Below, one piece after another: positions 1 through 12,437 of a DNA stretch of 64,000 bases. Each line of letters starts with the position of its first letter. Positions within the stretch are counted from its first letter, which is position 1. The position numbers and the translations under genes are program-made. The notes under the pieces are model-generated. The model was not told where the DNA came from. It ran no database searches and saw only the letters and a list, made by a program, of their open reading frames with translations. The stretch is from NCBI RefSeq assembly GCF_006345805.1, contig NC_042999.1, forward strand, positions 120,404,001 through 120,468,000. Reading direction: 5' to 3'. The DNA comes from Octopus sinensis (lineage: Eukaryota).

Positions 1-488
1 AAAATCCGGTCCACATAGTACATCGGAAATAGTAAGTATCCAACCGAAGGGTATACTGTAGGCCAATCTCCAGGCCAAGGGTATCTTGATTATATTAAGT
101 TTACTTTGTCATTAGCAGGCTTGTGTTAACACACGGAGAATTCGATCAGAATGCGTAGAAAGCACAGTTTGAGTGAAGTATATAATTGTGAAGAGAATTT
201 ATGAATATGAGAGAAGGAAACAAAAGAATATATAAGGGAATGGGAGAGTTTATAAATAAAGAATTTAAGCGAGCTCGTTTCACATATGGTTTTCAATAGC
301 GTCATTTAGGCTGGGTCAGAGAGAAAGGGAGAGAGAGGAATAGGGAGTGATATTTGAATAGGATATTGTGAGGAAAAGGGGATTTATATGATTATATATT
401 TTTATATATCCATATCTATACATATATATGTGTATGTGTGTACTTATATGTATGTGTGTGTGTGGGTGGGTGTGTACTTATAATACGA

Positions 489-521
<33 letters not shown>

Positions 522-524
<3 letters not shown>

Positions 525-725
525 TTTACTTGTTTCAGTCGTTCGACTAGTCATGCTATGGCACCACCTTGAAGATTTTTTTCTTACGAATCGGCCCCGG
601 TATATTTTTTTTATTCTGGTACTCGTTCTATCAGTCTTGTTGCCCGAACCTCTATGTTAGGAGGGCGTAAACAAACCAACAACGGTTTTCAAGAGGTGAG
701 GGACAAACACAGGCACAAAGACACA
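522..725 (-). mobile_element. tRNA-derived SINE, 3' part (abundant octopus-type family)
   Basis: Reverse complement resembles the 3' half of the copy at 17200-17625 (ggtgccatagcatgactagtcgaacgactgaaacaagtaaaaga). Confidence 0.7.
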
Positions 726-1424
726 CACACACATACACACGTGAAGGTTTTTTGTTAGCACAAGGTTGTAGTAGAAAGTGCTATACAATGTGTCACGCAG
801 TAGGACTAAAAACGGAACCATACGTTTCGGAAGTTTCTTACCACACTACCATGGCTGCGCCTATAGTATATAATTGTCAACGCACGTCTGTTTATACAAC
901 TGACGGAATTGCATGTAAAATTCCTCATTATATCGGACCAGTTCCTTCTTTGTAGAGATTCCTCTAACTGTACGGAAAAGAAAATGTGGGGATATCAATA
1001 TATACTGGGGCAGGGCGTGTGTACCACTTGTTTGGATTGCGTATTTTAATACCGGGAACCTTATATTAAATAGAATAATTGAATTGATATAGTATTTAGT
1101 TGGTGTCAGACAGAAGCCCATATATTTGTATAGGGTCTTTTACCGACATGACAATTTAGGAAAACATTTATATTATTGTGCTCTAATTGACAGTATGAAT
1201 GAATAGTTAAATCGTATGGAAAGCAACACGTGCTAACGCAGTAAAAGTGAACCAAATAAAAAAGCTAAAACATCAAAGTAATTATAAACCATTTCATTGC
1301 AAATATTAGGCTTTGTGATATTCTACTTAAATATACTGAGAGGGCTTTCAATTAACGTTAACGGTGTATATAAATAACTATACGCAAAAATGAATACTGA
1401 TATAGCTATAACTACCAATGTATC

Positions 1425-1545
<121 letters not shown>

Positions 1546-1570
1546 ATACATATAAGATATATACACATAT

Positions 1571-3948
1571 AGGCTGGGTCAGAGAGAAAGAAACCTCAGG
1601 TAATTAAGATAATCAATCTCTCAAACAAAGAACTTACACCTAACGAAATAAGCATACTCTCCAAAGGACTTAAATTTACACCCCACCCCACAACGTTCTA
1701 ATTACTATGAAATGAAAGATGACTTTCGGAATTTTGCAGAAAACTAAGACTCACCGAGGCATTCAAGACAAACAAATAGAGGAGGACTCAATAGCTAGAA
1801 ACAAGAGCAATTACACCCCCACCAAGGTAAGAATAAAGCCTTAGACCGCTATTGTGACTACATAACTAATTTCCCGTTTCAATTCATCAAGAAACAAAAA
1901 CACAGCCTAACTTCAACAAAAGAGAATGGAACGACCTCATCAAACTAAGAGAAGACAAAACAATAACAATTAAGGAGGCAGATAAGGGCAACGCGATGAT
2001 AGTAATAATGAATACAAACAATTACAAAAATTTAGTGCTATCCCTATTAAGAGATGAAACGTATTATGAAAGGGCCCCCAACAGTATAACCAGCAAAAAA
2101 TAATGCATAACCTTAGGACATTAATCAACACATACCAAGAAGGACTCACGAACAAGGAGTATGAAAATACATCCCTAACTTCAAATGCAAATCGAGTTTG
2201 TTCTATGGTATCCCTAAGGTACACAAAAGCCAAACCATTAGAGAAACGTGCAAAACATCCACCGACACACTCATCAAAATCCCTTCACCAAATGATCTTA
2301 AACTAAGACCGATAATAGCAGGACCAGCATGTGAAACTCACCGCCTCAGCAATTTCTTAGACACACTTCTTAAACCTTTCCTAAAACACATCAAAGCTAC
2401 GTAAGAGACGATATAGATATGCTCAACCACCCCTCCCTAAAACAGTCAATGAGAAAAACCCTTCTAGTATCATTCGACGTAGTTAATCTTTATTCTAACA
2501 TCCCTCACAACCTAGGAATAGAAGCGATCACCTTCTGGCTGAATAACACCCCTTGAACTCCCAATCGCATAAACAAAGACCTTATAATAGAAGGACTTAG
2601 ATTCATTTTAGAGAACAATTATTTTATTTTTGACAATGATTTCTACAGGCAAAGATCGGGAACAGCGATGGGCACGCGTACTGCACCATCTTTTGCCAAC
2701 CTAGTGATGGGATACCTCGAGAAAATACTATACCGGATGACACTCCAGAAATATGGAAACACCTTCGCCACCTATATCCATAACAACTGGAAAAGATACC
2801 TCGATGACTGTTTCATCATCTGGGACAAAGGTATAGAGAAACTTGAGGAATTTAAAATACTATTAAATGGAATAAATGACAATATACAATTCACGATGGA
2901 CCACAACGAAAAAGAATTACCATTTTTAGACATCCTCATTAAGAAAAACCGGCAACAAAATAGAGACAGATATCTACTATAAACCGACAGACTCTAAACA
3001 GTACCTACCCTTTGATTCATGCCAACCACGACACACTAGAATGAATGTCCCTTTTTGTTTAGCTAGAAGGATTTGTACCATAATATCAGACACAAACACC
3101 CGACACACACACGTCTCCAGGAACTTAGAACCACACTCACAAATAGAAACTATCCACAGCCCCTAATAGACAGTGCAATCCAACGGGTACTTAAATTAAG
3201 TATAGAAGACCTGAGACAACCAAAAACCAAAAAAGAAAGAACAATTAAAAACCCTTCCCTACATTTCTACACACAACCCACTCAACAATGAGGCCTTCAA
3301 CACCATACTACAAAGCACAGCCCTACTAAAGGGAGACCCAAAGATGAACCGGATCCTCGAAACACACACCATCATTAAAAGTAAACGGCAACCAAAATCC
3401 TTGAAAGGATTTTAACCCAAGCTACACTGCACTCAACATCAACCACAAAACCAGCAGTTAGAAAATGTGGAAGGCCCAACTGCGGAATCTGTGTCATCTT
3501 GAAAGAAGGATCAGAATTTATACTGGAACAAGGCCACCAGTTCACCATTAGAACAAACTTCACCTGCGCATCAGAAAACTTAATTTACGTCATAACATGC
3601 GCAGGCTGCAATAGGCAGTATATAGGCCATACAAAAAATAGCTTACGTAACAGGATGGCGGTTGCATAAATCACAAATTAGAAACCCTGATTACCGCAAA
3701 ATACCGGTCAGCGGACACATAGATAGATGTGCTGGAATGTAAATCCGAAATTTACAACTAACCCGCTCTATAAATTCAGTGACAACGCAACCTTCACACA
3801 ACGCCAAAATAAAGAACTATATTTCATAAAAAAATTTGGACCAAGTTTAAACACCCTGGGCCGGAATACTAAAACAACAGATAAGTCCTCCGAAAAGGAG
3901 AAGCAAAATTCCACCACGACCGCTACTTCAAACAGACACTCACTTTGA
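1571..3948 (+). mobile_element. Penelope-like retroelement ORF (RT + Cys-rich linker + C-terminal GIY-YIG endonuclease), 5'-truncated and frameshifted; Neptune/Naiad-type
   Basis: Joining frames by hand gives IINLSNKELTPNEISILSKGLKFTP, KEADKGN, FYGIPKVHK, LRPIIAGPACETHRLS, SFDVVNLYSNIP, GTAMGTRTAPSFANL, WKRYLDDCF, LPFLDILI, CGRPNCGIC, NLIYVITCAGCNRQYIG and HKSQIR...VSGHIDRC. It is broken by several indels and stops and starts at a (TA)n tract. Confidence 0.92.
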
Positions 3949-4039
3949 CGGAAATATACCTAAGTAAAAAAGGGGAAAAAAATTCTTACGTGCAAATCTG
4001 ACCCTGATACATACGATACAGCTAAGGGTCAGACCCGAT

Positions 4040-4575
4040 TCTGATTGGTCAACAAGTTGATGACGTCTAGCTCAGCTAGAATGGACAGGATACAAACAGG
4101 GGACAGTCATTAGTCAGAATATTGATGACGTCCTTTTCTGCTTGAATAGTCACCTAACAAGTACAGACAGGCTATAAGTAGCTATAAGTCGTGATTGGGC
4201 AGAATCTGCATGACGTCCCGTTCTGCTTGACTAACGAAGCGACTGGTCAGGACAGGAAACAAACAAGAGGCAGTTATAATGCAGCGATTGGTCAAAATAA
4301 TGATGACGTCCCGTTCTACTTGACTAACGAAGCGACTGGTCAAAACAGGAAAACAAACAAGAGACAGTTATAATGCAGCGATTGGTCAAAATAATGATGA
4401 CGTCCCGTTCTACATGAATAAAGCCACCTAACGAAACGATTGGTCAAAACGTTGATGACGTCACGCTACGCTGAATTGACCACCTAACAGGCATTATAAA
4501 ACCGAACATTTCACATAAACTCATTAGAACCACCCAGCGAACATCCACCATGGGTCATCACATTTGCTTAAGGTA
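4040..4575 (+). promoter_or_regulatory. Promoter-like 3' (pLTR) region of the Penelope-like element: six ATTGG/TGACGTC modules, TATAAA, Kozak ATG and splice donor
   Basis: Six ATTGG-like + TGACGTC units lie at 4044-4463, the last being a full CRE (TGACGTCA, 4456-4463). TATAAA is at 4495-4500, CCACCATGG at 4545-4553 and AAG|GTAAAA at 4572/4573. Function is inferred from motifs only. Confidence 0.6.
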
Positions 4576-4847
4576 AAAATGAATTCCTCGCTCTTTCGGA
4601 AACATCAATCTTCTGTATTGACCGCTTTCCACTACTTTGACTGTTTTTTGTTTGTTGATTGAATACGTATCGCCACCGTGGGCCACTGCATCGAACACTT
4701 TGAACATATACTTCAAACTATATATCAACTATACATGAACTATATATCAACTATACATGAACTCTAAGATGTCTGACTCCGTTGTGTATTATAAATGAAT
4801 TTCTTGTGTTTGACGCATGAGCTGTCTTTTTTTATATATAACTTTTT

Positions 4848-4881
4848 TTGATAAAGTTCATTTCAGGAACTGAAACATGTT
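4848..4881 (+). ncRNA. Candidate minimal type I hammerhead ribozyme, U3-A8 core variant
   Basis: TTGATAA, stem II AGTTC/GAACT (7-nt loop), GAAAC, palindromic ACATGT, GUU triplet. It sits at the 3' end of a PLE. Stem I is poorly supported. Confidence 0.5.
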
Positions 4882-5015
4882 ATAATGTATATATATAAAA
4901 ATTAAAATGTATTAATACAGCAGCATTTTCGAACTTCATTTTTTACAAATATATATATATACATACATATATACATATATATACAATATATATACACACA
5001 TATATATATGTATAT

Positions 5016-5073
<58 letters not shown>

Positions 5074-6559
5074 TCCGTTTATCTTCCATGTGTTTCATCA
5101 CTAATGTTGTGGCCATGCTGAGGCATCGCCAGTTTAATAACCTTTTAATTGGCCAATTCTGTGTGTTTGGCTCTTGTTGAAGACGGGATTCGCTACCGCT
5201 GCCCTCTTTTGAGTTTCCTGCTTTCATTTTTGTTTATCTGAGATCTTTGAAAGCAGAGATCAAGTTATATCCTGAAAACATGTACTCCCACTCCGTAGAG
5301 ATCCCTCAGATGCCTTGTGAAGACGTTAAATAGCCGCGGGCCCTTGAACCCCAAGATATTGCAGTCCATGATTCTCGCCTTGGATAAAGCAGCTGAGATT
5401 TTGGAACAGTGGAGTGATGTCCAATGATATGTACGTATATATGAATGTACATAAACCTTTGGGAACGCAAATGGAACACAAATACCCGACAGACGTCAGA
5501 ATCGTTGCCGTAGCTTCAGTCTAAAATAATGACTACCTAATACAGACTTTTATTACGCCTCTCTCATTAATCTCTACTGTTTACAAACACAAGAGTAAAA
5601 TTAGAATATTCATTCCAATAACGAATGTGTTTATCTTTAAATTAATTAAAACTAACTGGATAGATTTATTTATCGGGTATGTAAGATTTGTATCTAAAAT
5701 TCAATCACATTTTGAAGCATATATATGCATCAATATATACTTACATAACCTTTTATGTGTACACGTACTGATATTCTTAGATACATGCAAACGCACACAC
5801 ACACATACACACATAATTCATATATGAACAAATACACACGCACATATATTGTTATACACATATTTTTTATACAATAACGGTTTTTACGCTCTGAGTTCAG
5901 ATCCCGTCTAGGTCGATTTTGCTTTTCATCATTCTAGGGTAAAAAAAATTATAATATTGCACTACTGCCGATGATGTTTTACTGAATACCTCATATCGCT
6001 AGAAGTTCAATCAATCAATTGATTATATTTATCGGCACGAGTAAATAGTAGCATTGTATATAATATAAAAAACGTCACAATATCTAATTACATCTCCTTT
6101 ATAAATTGTTGCTTTGTCTCTAGTTAAAAATCTGTTAAGTGTGCACACCAAAACCAAGTGATAAAAGCTTAGATATCTGAAACAATAATTGGGTATCGAT
6201 TGTGATTTATGGCTACATAGTTATTCACTTCATTAGTGCTGATGTTGCTTTTGTGATAACAAACAAATGTCACATATTTTATCTCACAAATAGCGGGCGT
6301 TGTGAGTACGTAACAAACTATGAATTATTTAAGGAGGGGTAATTCACTATCGAGATAAAGTTGCCCCCTTTTTAAAAATATTTCATTCAATGACGTAAAC
6401 TGTACACTTACGAAAGGACCATGAAATGTTTTTATATAATATTCGCAATTAATTCATTGTAGAGACAACGAATTAATTACAAATATTACATAAAACATTT
6501 CACAGTTGTAACCTTGAATGTATCATTCTCTCTGTTTCCCCCTCTCCCTCTCTATCTCT

Positions 6560-6596
<37 letters not shown>

Positions 6597-6761
6597 ATGG
6601 GGTTTAGTTCACAGGTGATCTAAACGATTATATACGCTAGGTAAGTGCTATAACGGATTACTAGGGCTCCAAGAGAGAGAGAGAGAGAGAAACAGAGGAT
6701 GACAGACATATATATATATATAAATTAAGGAGAGGAGGATTTTGAATTAAATCTTTATTGG

Positions 6762-6806
6762 GTGCAACATAAGTTTCGACACATCTGTCTGGATTTCCTC
6801 AGGTAC
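6762..6806 (-). ncRNA. Decayed minimal hammerhead ribozyme (left arm of inverted pair)
   Basis: The minus strand reads GTAC CTGAGGA AATCCAGACAGATGTGTC GAAA CTTATG TT GCACCC AATAAA and is collinear with the plus-strand copy at 6934-6978. Confidence 0.55.
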
Positions 6807-6933
6807 ATCATTTAAGATGTGTCTCACAACGAAATTTCAATGCCGGCAGACTAATATATACCCTAACCTGATGGACGTACAACAACAAATCAGCCGACCA
6901 TAAAAAATGTTTATGATACACATGTTTATTAAT

Positions 6934-6978
6934 GAACCTGATGAGACCCAGTTTGCTGGGTTGAAATGTATGTTGTAT
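6934..6978 (+). ncRNA. Minimal type I hammerhead ribozyme (right arm of inverted pair)
   Basis: CTGATGA (6938-6944), 7-bp stem II GACCCAG/CTGGGTT with TTTG loop, GAAA (6963-6966), TGTATG (likely CpG-decayed CGTACG), GUU triplet, then AATAATAAA. Confidence 0.72.
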
Positions 6979-7186
6979 CCAATAATAAAGATCTAATACT
7001 AAATCCATCTCCAGTTAATTTATATTATTACTCTCACTGTCACTACAGAGTTCCTGAAGCAGATCCAACAGAAGTGTACCACGACTGCGGATGACAACAG
7101 ATTGCATAAACTGTGCCGGTGCCCCACCCAACATTTAAACACACTAATCGACTTATACTTATTTTTGAAAATTATTTATTTACTTA

Positions 7187-7273
<87 letters not shown>

Positions 7274-7389
7274 CGTTATCATCATAATCATCATCATCAT
7301 GATTATATATATATATATATTTACTTATAGTTATTTTTACTATCCCTCTACATCTTATGGAAATTCCTCAATAATTCTCTCTTCTTTTT

Positions 7390-9590
7390 TCTTTTGTGAC
7401 AGTCCCACTTTCTGATGTTTAATATCGCTTTCTTCCAACCAGTTCGTCCAGCGTGCCATAAATGCCATCCCTCCCTCTCCTCCCACTGCTCGTTTCCTTT
7501 CAATCTTATCGGTCTTTACTAAACTCTCCAGGCCCTATTTCCCCATCACTTGACCAAGAAATCTCAGTTGTTTGGCCCTTATCTCATGAAGCAGCTTCCT
7601 ATTTACCGTAACCCCGGGTACCACTTCTTCATTAGACGCTTTGTTCATGCAATCTTAAATATTCTCCTAAAGAACATTTCACAACTTCCATTCCTGATGT
7701 TATAGAGTATGCCTCTCTTCCATATATTAACACAAGGTAGACATAGCAGTTCAATATACGGGTATTGGCATTGATGCTTAGCGTACAGTTTTTAAGATGT
7801 TATACAGTTTTGAGAATGTAGATTTTGCCAGCATTATTCGTGATTTGATCTTCGCATATCTTGTATTTCCCGTGATCAAACTTTAAGGTTGTTGACGTAT
7901 GATGTCTGTTTAATCGTTTGATTGTTCACTTTCTGCGTGCATTTCGAGTTTCCCTCCCTTGTTACTACTATAGATTTCATCTTGCAACTTACGAACAAGC
8001 CTTTCCTCTCACTTTCTCTGACTACTACACCCAGGAGTCTCTGAAATTCCTTTTCCGATTCTGCAAATAAAACTGTCATCTGCATATTTTATGTTTGTGA
8101 TGTTTTTACCCCCTACTCTAAGACTTTTACCTTCGCCAGTTTTCTAATGATCAATTCACTATAGTAATTGAAGAGATGTAGTGACATAGCACATCTTTGT
8201 CTAACTCCTAGTTTATTCACTGCATTCCTCATATCCCTTTATACACGCTGGTTTGTTCCAATACGGGCTCTGCAAAATTCGGAGGTCTTCCCATGCAGCG
8301 AATCACGGTTGCTATGTTCTTCGAACAACATGCGATGGCTTATTTTATCTAAGACTTTTGTGTAATTTACGAAACACAAGAAGACGTCTTTTTGCGTCTC
8401 AATCATCCGCTCTGTAAATCATTCTCAATACCAAAATAGCATTCTTAATATCAACAGCCTTTACAGAACTAAACTGTTTAATTCCCGAAGGAGTAACATT
8501 TTCAGAATAATCTTTGTAATGTAACTCATGAGACTAATTAGGCGTTGCTTTGTCAAAGTCCACCTCTTCCGATTTCTTCGGGAATGCAATTAAGATGGAT
8601 TTACTCAGATCTTCTGGATATTTCCCATTATTATAGATCTCGTTTATTACATCTGTCACTTCTCTAATAACATATTCCACTAGAGATTTTATCATATCAA
8701 TGACAATTCTGTTTTACTCAGCAACTTTGTATTATTCTCATCATTTTGGTGGCTGCCTGTACTCCAGAAGGCAGAAGTTTGAAACCTCATTAAAGTCATG
8801 AACACAAGACAAGGTTCCACTCTCATGATAATGTAATTCTCTTATATACCCTGTCCATCCATTCTAAATCTTAATTTTTTCTCAATCAGCATGGTAAAAT
8901 CCTTCGCTCTGGAGTTTGAGCATCACGACCTTCTGCCAGAGATCTCATTTATCTCCTGATGTCCCTTGTAGGCAACCGGAAATTGCCTTTCAATTTCTTC
9001 ACACTGTCTATTCAAGCATATATTTTAGCCACCCTACACTTCCGTTTAATCAGTCTTTCCAGCGCCCTACACCCTTTGGATTTCCTGTTCTTGATCTATC
9101 ATCTACTCATCATTGAAAGGATCTCTTCGATCATTCATTACTTTTTGATTGTATTCACTTTATTTGGCAGGATTTCCTGGGCCGTTTCTACTTAAGCATT
9201 TCTCATAACTTCACAGGCAATCTCCGCGCCATTATCAGTCAGTTAATTATATCTGTTCTCTACATTATGGAATACTCCAGCTACACCTCTGAATTATTCA
9301 ACTGCTCAATACCAAGTTTCTTCGTAGTTCTTGCTATCTTTGATTTCTTTACTTTGCATTGGAGTGTGAATACGACTGGTACATTGTAGCGCTCACAGTC
9401 TGCTCCTGGATATGTGTTTGCGTGGTGTTTCACAGAACTTTTAAATCTGTCATTGATGAAGATATAAAGACTCCGGATTCTCAAACTGTCACTTGGGCCC
9501 TTCCATGAGTTAATTCTTCTTTGGATCTCCTTAAACCAAGTGTTCGCAATAATCATATTATTTGCCTCACGCCACGCATCCTCTGCGTGT
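7390..9590 (-). mobile_element. Decayed RTE-clade LINE (APE C-terminus + RT)
   Basis: Minus-strand remnants include IIANTWFK...YPGADC (APE), FVDFDKATP, GVRQRCAISL.LFNYYSE and TVLFAESEKEFQRLLGVVVRESERKGL. There are many stops. Confidence 0.8.
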
Positions 9591-9790
9591 TGTAAAAGAC
9601 GACTGAAATCGGAACTAATGCAGCAAACTGCTGTTAGCAGCAAAAGAACCATCAGAGTTCGAATCTGGAATGTAAAAACTTTATATCAAGATATAAAGAT
9701 GGCAAAGTTAAAAACGTTAAGCAAGTGACGATGAAACTAAACATCAACATAAAACAAGACGACCTTCGAGCTGCAATTTCATACTGTGGA
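9590..9790 (+). mobile_element. Inverted 5' segment of the RTE LINE (APE N-terminus)
   Basis: The plus strand encodes TIRVRIWNVKTLYQ...MKLNINI, matching the APE start motif (I.TWNV.TL). It abuts the minus-strand APE C-terminus. Confidence 0.6.
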
Positions 9791-9799
9791 AGAGATGGA

Positions 9800-10419
9800 A
9801 GTCCGTAGGTGCTAAATTTGGTAAATAGGGCGATTGCAGAAGCTACACCATATTGTTTCTTCGCGAGAAACTCAAAAGTGAGGAAAGCTCGATGACAGGT
9901 TGCATTGTCGTCCTGAAGAATTCTGACGTCAGGCTTGCCAACAGGGACCCATATGACAGATCAACAACGTCAGCAATATCATTGATTGACCTCCGACGAT
10001 CCTCATGCTCAAGCTGATGAATTTTCTTCACATTTCCGGGGGTGACGTTCTTGGTTGCTCTTCCAGATCGCGCATCGTCAAGGGACATTCTTCCGCTTCT
10101 GAAGCACCCGTGCCACACGAAACATTGCGTACGACCCATTACCTCGTCGCCGTAAGTTTGCCGAAGCATGCTCAATGTTTCAGTAACAGACTTCCCAATT
10201 TTAACGCAAAATTTCACATTGGCACTTTGTTCTTGCTTTGAAAACATCGCAGACTAGTGCATGCACGTAATTACTAAAAAAGCAAAATAAATATGTCACT
10301 TGGCACACCGCTTATGAAGGTCACTGCTAGTTTCTTATTGCACACGCAGCGTGTGCTGCCACCTATTGTATTGGCGCGCAGAAAAAATTAGTCTGGAAGT
10401 GTTTTGATAACAGCTCATA
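9800..10419 (-). mobile_element. Internally deleted mariner transposon
   Basis: HTH region QSANVKFCVKIGKSVTETLSML...RSGR...EDRRRSINDIA is fused directly to DNATCH...SPYLPNLAPTDF. A TIR-like end lies at about 10390-10419. Confidence 0.8.
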
Positions 10420-11120
10420 TTTATTGCTTTGTCATCTTAATTTCTTAATATTTGCAATTATCTAAATAACGTAAAGAATAAACTGGCTGCAAAATAGGTA
10501 TACTACCAGTAAGGAATAGAATTTTGAGTATTTCTTTGCTATGTTTATAAACGACAATTGAATGTAAATCCCAATCAAATTATTGATGTTTATGCATTCA
10601 CTTATTTGTATTTAAATTTTGTGATAGCAACTGTATATAATTACCGACAAAATACGCTGTTGTAAGATTATTACTCTAAAGAGCCCAAACTTACGAAGGT
10701 TTCAGCGTAACAGAATGAAGTTGAATATGAATATTCATGGTTGGAAATTATATGATGGATGTAGTGTTAACAACATACAATTAATTTTGACACATACAAT
10801 AAGTTAATAAAATGAATACGATCGGAAACACGTACTGACATTTCTTAATTATATCTTATTTCGCAAAGTAACTTTGAAAGAGATTTAACATGTTTGAAAA
10901 CTATGTGCATAATTTCCCATACGATTTATTGTTGAATTGAAGCACTGGCGTAATTTTTTTACATTGTTTGCAAATATACCCTCCTTGAGCGACCTATGTA
11001 TATGTATACGCACACACACACACATATATATATGCTTATATACATACATACATATACATATACGTGTGGGTTCATACATATATATATATATATATATGCG
11101 TGTGTGTGTGTGTGTGTATT

Positions 11121-11210
<90 letters not shown>

Positions 11211-11989
11211 GTGTGTGTAATTATATGTATATATATATGTGTGTGTGTGTATGTATATATATGCAAATAGGTAACAAGGATGTTTATGTATCAATGCATT
11301 ACGGCCGTTTCATGCGGCTCCATTTAATTGATCAATGAAAATATTACATCAGTTTGAAAGAAACCGCTCTCGTTAGTAGCAGGTGACCATATAGATTTCC
11401 AACATAAAGGATAAACCATTTTCGCATTTGTAGCAAATTTAATTTTAGCATTTAAAAACATTTAAAAACATTTAAAATTAAATCAATAGGGAGCTGTCAG
11501 CTATGTTCCAGTTGACAGTGATAACTTAATTTATACCAGACAACTTCGCAGACTCTTATTTTATTGGGACCATATATCTAGCTTCATCCACATAAAAGGA
11601 TGTCTTAGAGCTGCTAGTGAGAAAATGACTGATGGGGAAGATGTGATAACAAAAAGAAGGAAAGATGGGGGTGGTCAGTCCTTATTTAGATTATCAAATA
11701 AAAGGGGAATATAGGGAAAAACAAAAGAAATAAAAATAAGCTCTAAGGGCGGGAATTAGAAATGAGGGATATGTGATGTAATTCATAAATTACCAAATTT
11801 ATTATATTAAATTTACAAAAGAATTATAGATCAATATGTAGGATGGGGTACCTTAATATATAAGAGAATGTTCATAAGGTCTTTTCTTAAGCATATTGTT
11901 AAGGTGGTCATGATAAAACCATTACACAATGAATTTATGAATGAATTAATTTATCATCTGGTTAGGGGTACATAATATATATGTATGCA

Positions 11990-12210
11990 GAACCCGGTTA
12001 CCCGGTTTCAATGGCGTGTGTGTTCCCCAGCTGGACTGGGACGCCAGTCCTTCGCAGCGTTACTCATTTTTGCCAGCTGAGTGGACTGGAGCAACGTGAA
12101 ATGAAGTGTTTTGCTCAAGAACACAACGCGTCGCCCTGTCCTGGAATCGAAACCACAATCTTACGATCATGATGCTGACACCCTAACCACTATGCCACGC
12201 ACCTCCACTG
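11990..12210 (-). mobile_element. tRNA-derived SINE with V/Meta-like central domain
   Basis: The minus strand has A box TGGCATAGTGG, B box GTTTCGATTCC, then ttgagcaaaacactt and gactggcgtcccagtccag. The domain assignment is tentative. Confidence 0.65.
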
Positions 12211-12363
12211 AATAGGAGTACATAGTATATATTAAATCAAAACAAGGATTATCCTCATTACATGTGCATAAGTATAATATATTGAAAATATGGAATCGAA
12301 TGTAAGGGATAATTAAATTAGAGCTATATCAAATGTATAATAGAGTACATTCGGAGGTAATAG

Positions 12364-12437
<74 letters not shown>

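Noticed and set aside
805-855. Minus-strand GGTAAG AAA CTTCC GAAAC GTAT resembling hammerhead stem II and GAAA
   Set aside because: There is no CUGANGA core upstream and no valid NUH triplet with stem I.
3421-3948. Possible selenocysteine recoding in the PLE endonuclease
   Set aside because: The conserved cysteines in this region are TGT/TGC codons, with no in-frame TGA at those positions.
4191-4480. Regular repeats that could be mistaken for a CRISPR array
   Set aside because: Eukaryotic context, whole units are duplicated with no unique spacers, and there are no cas genes. They are PLE 3' tandem repeats.
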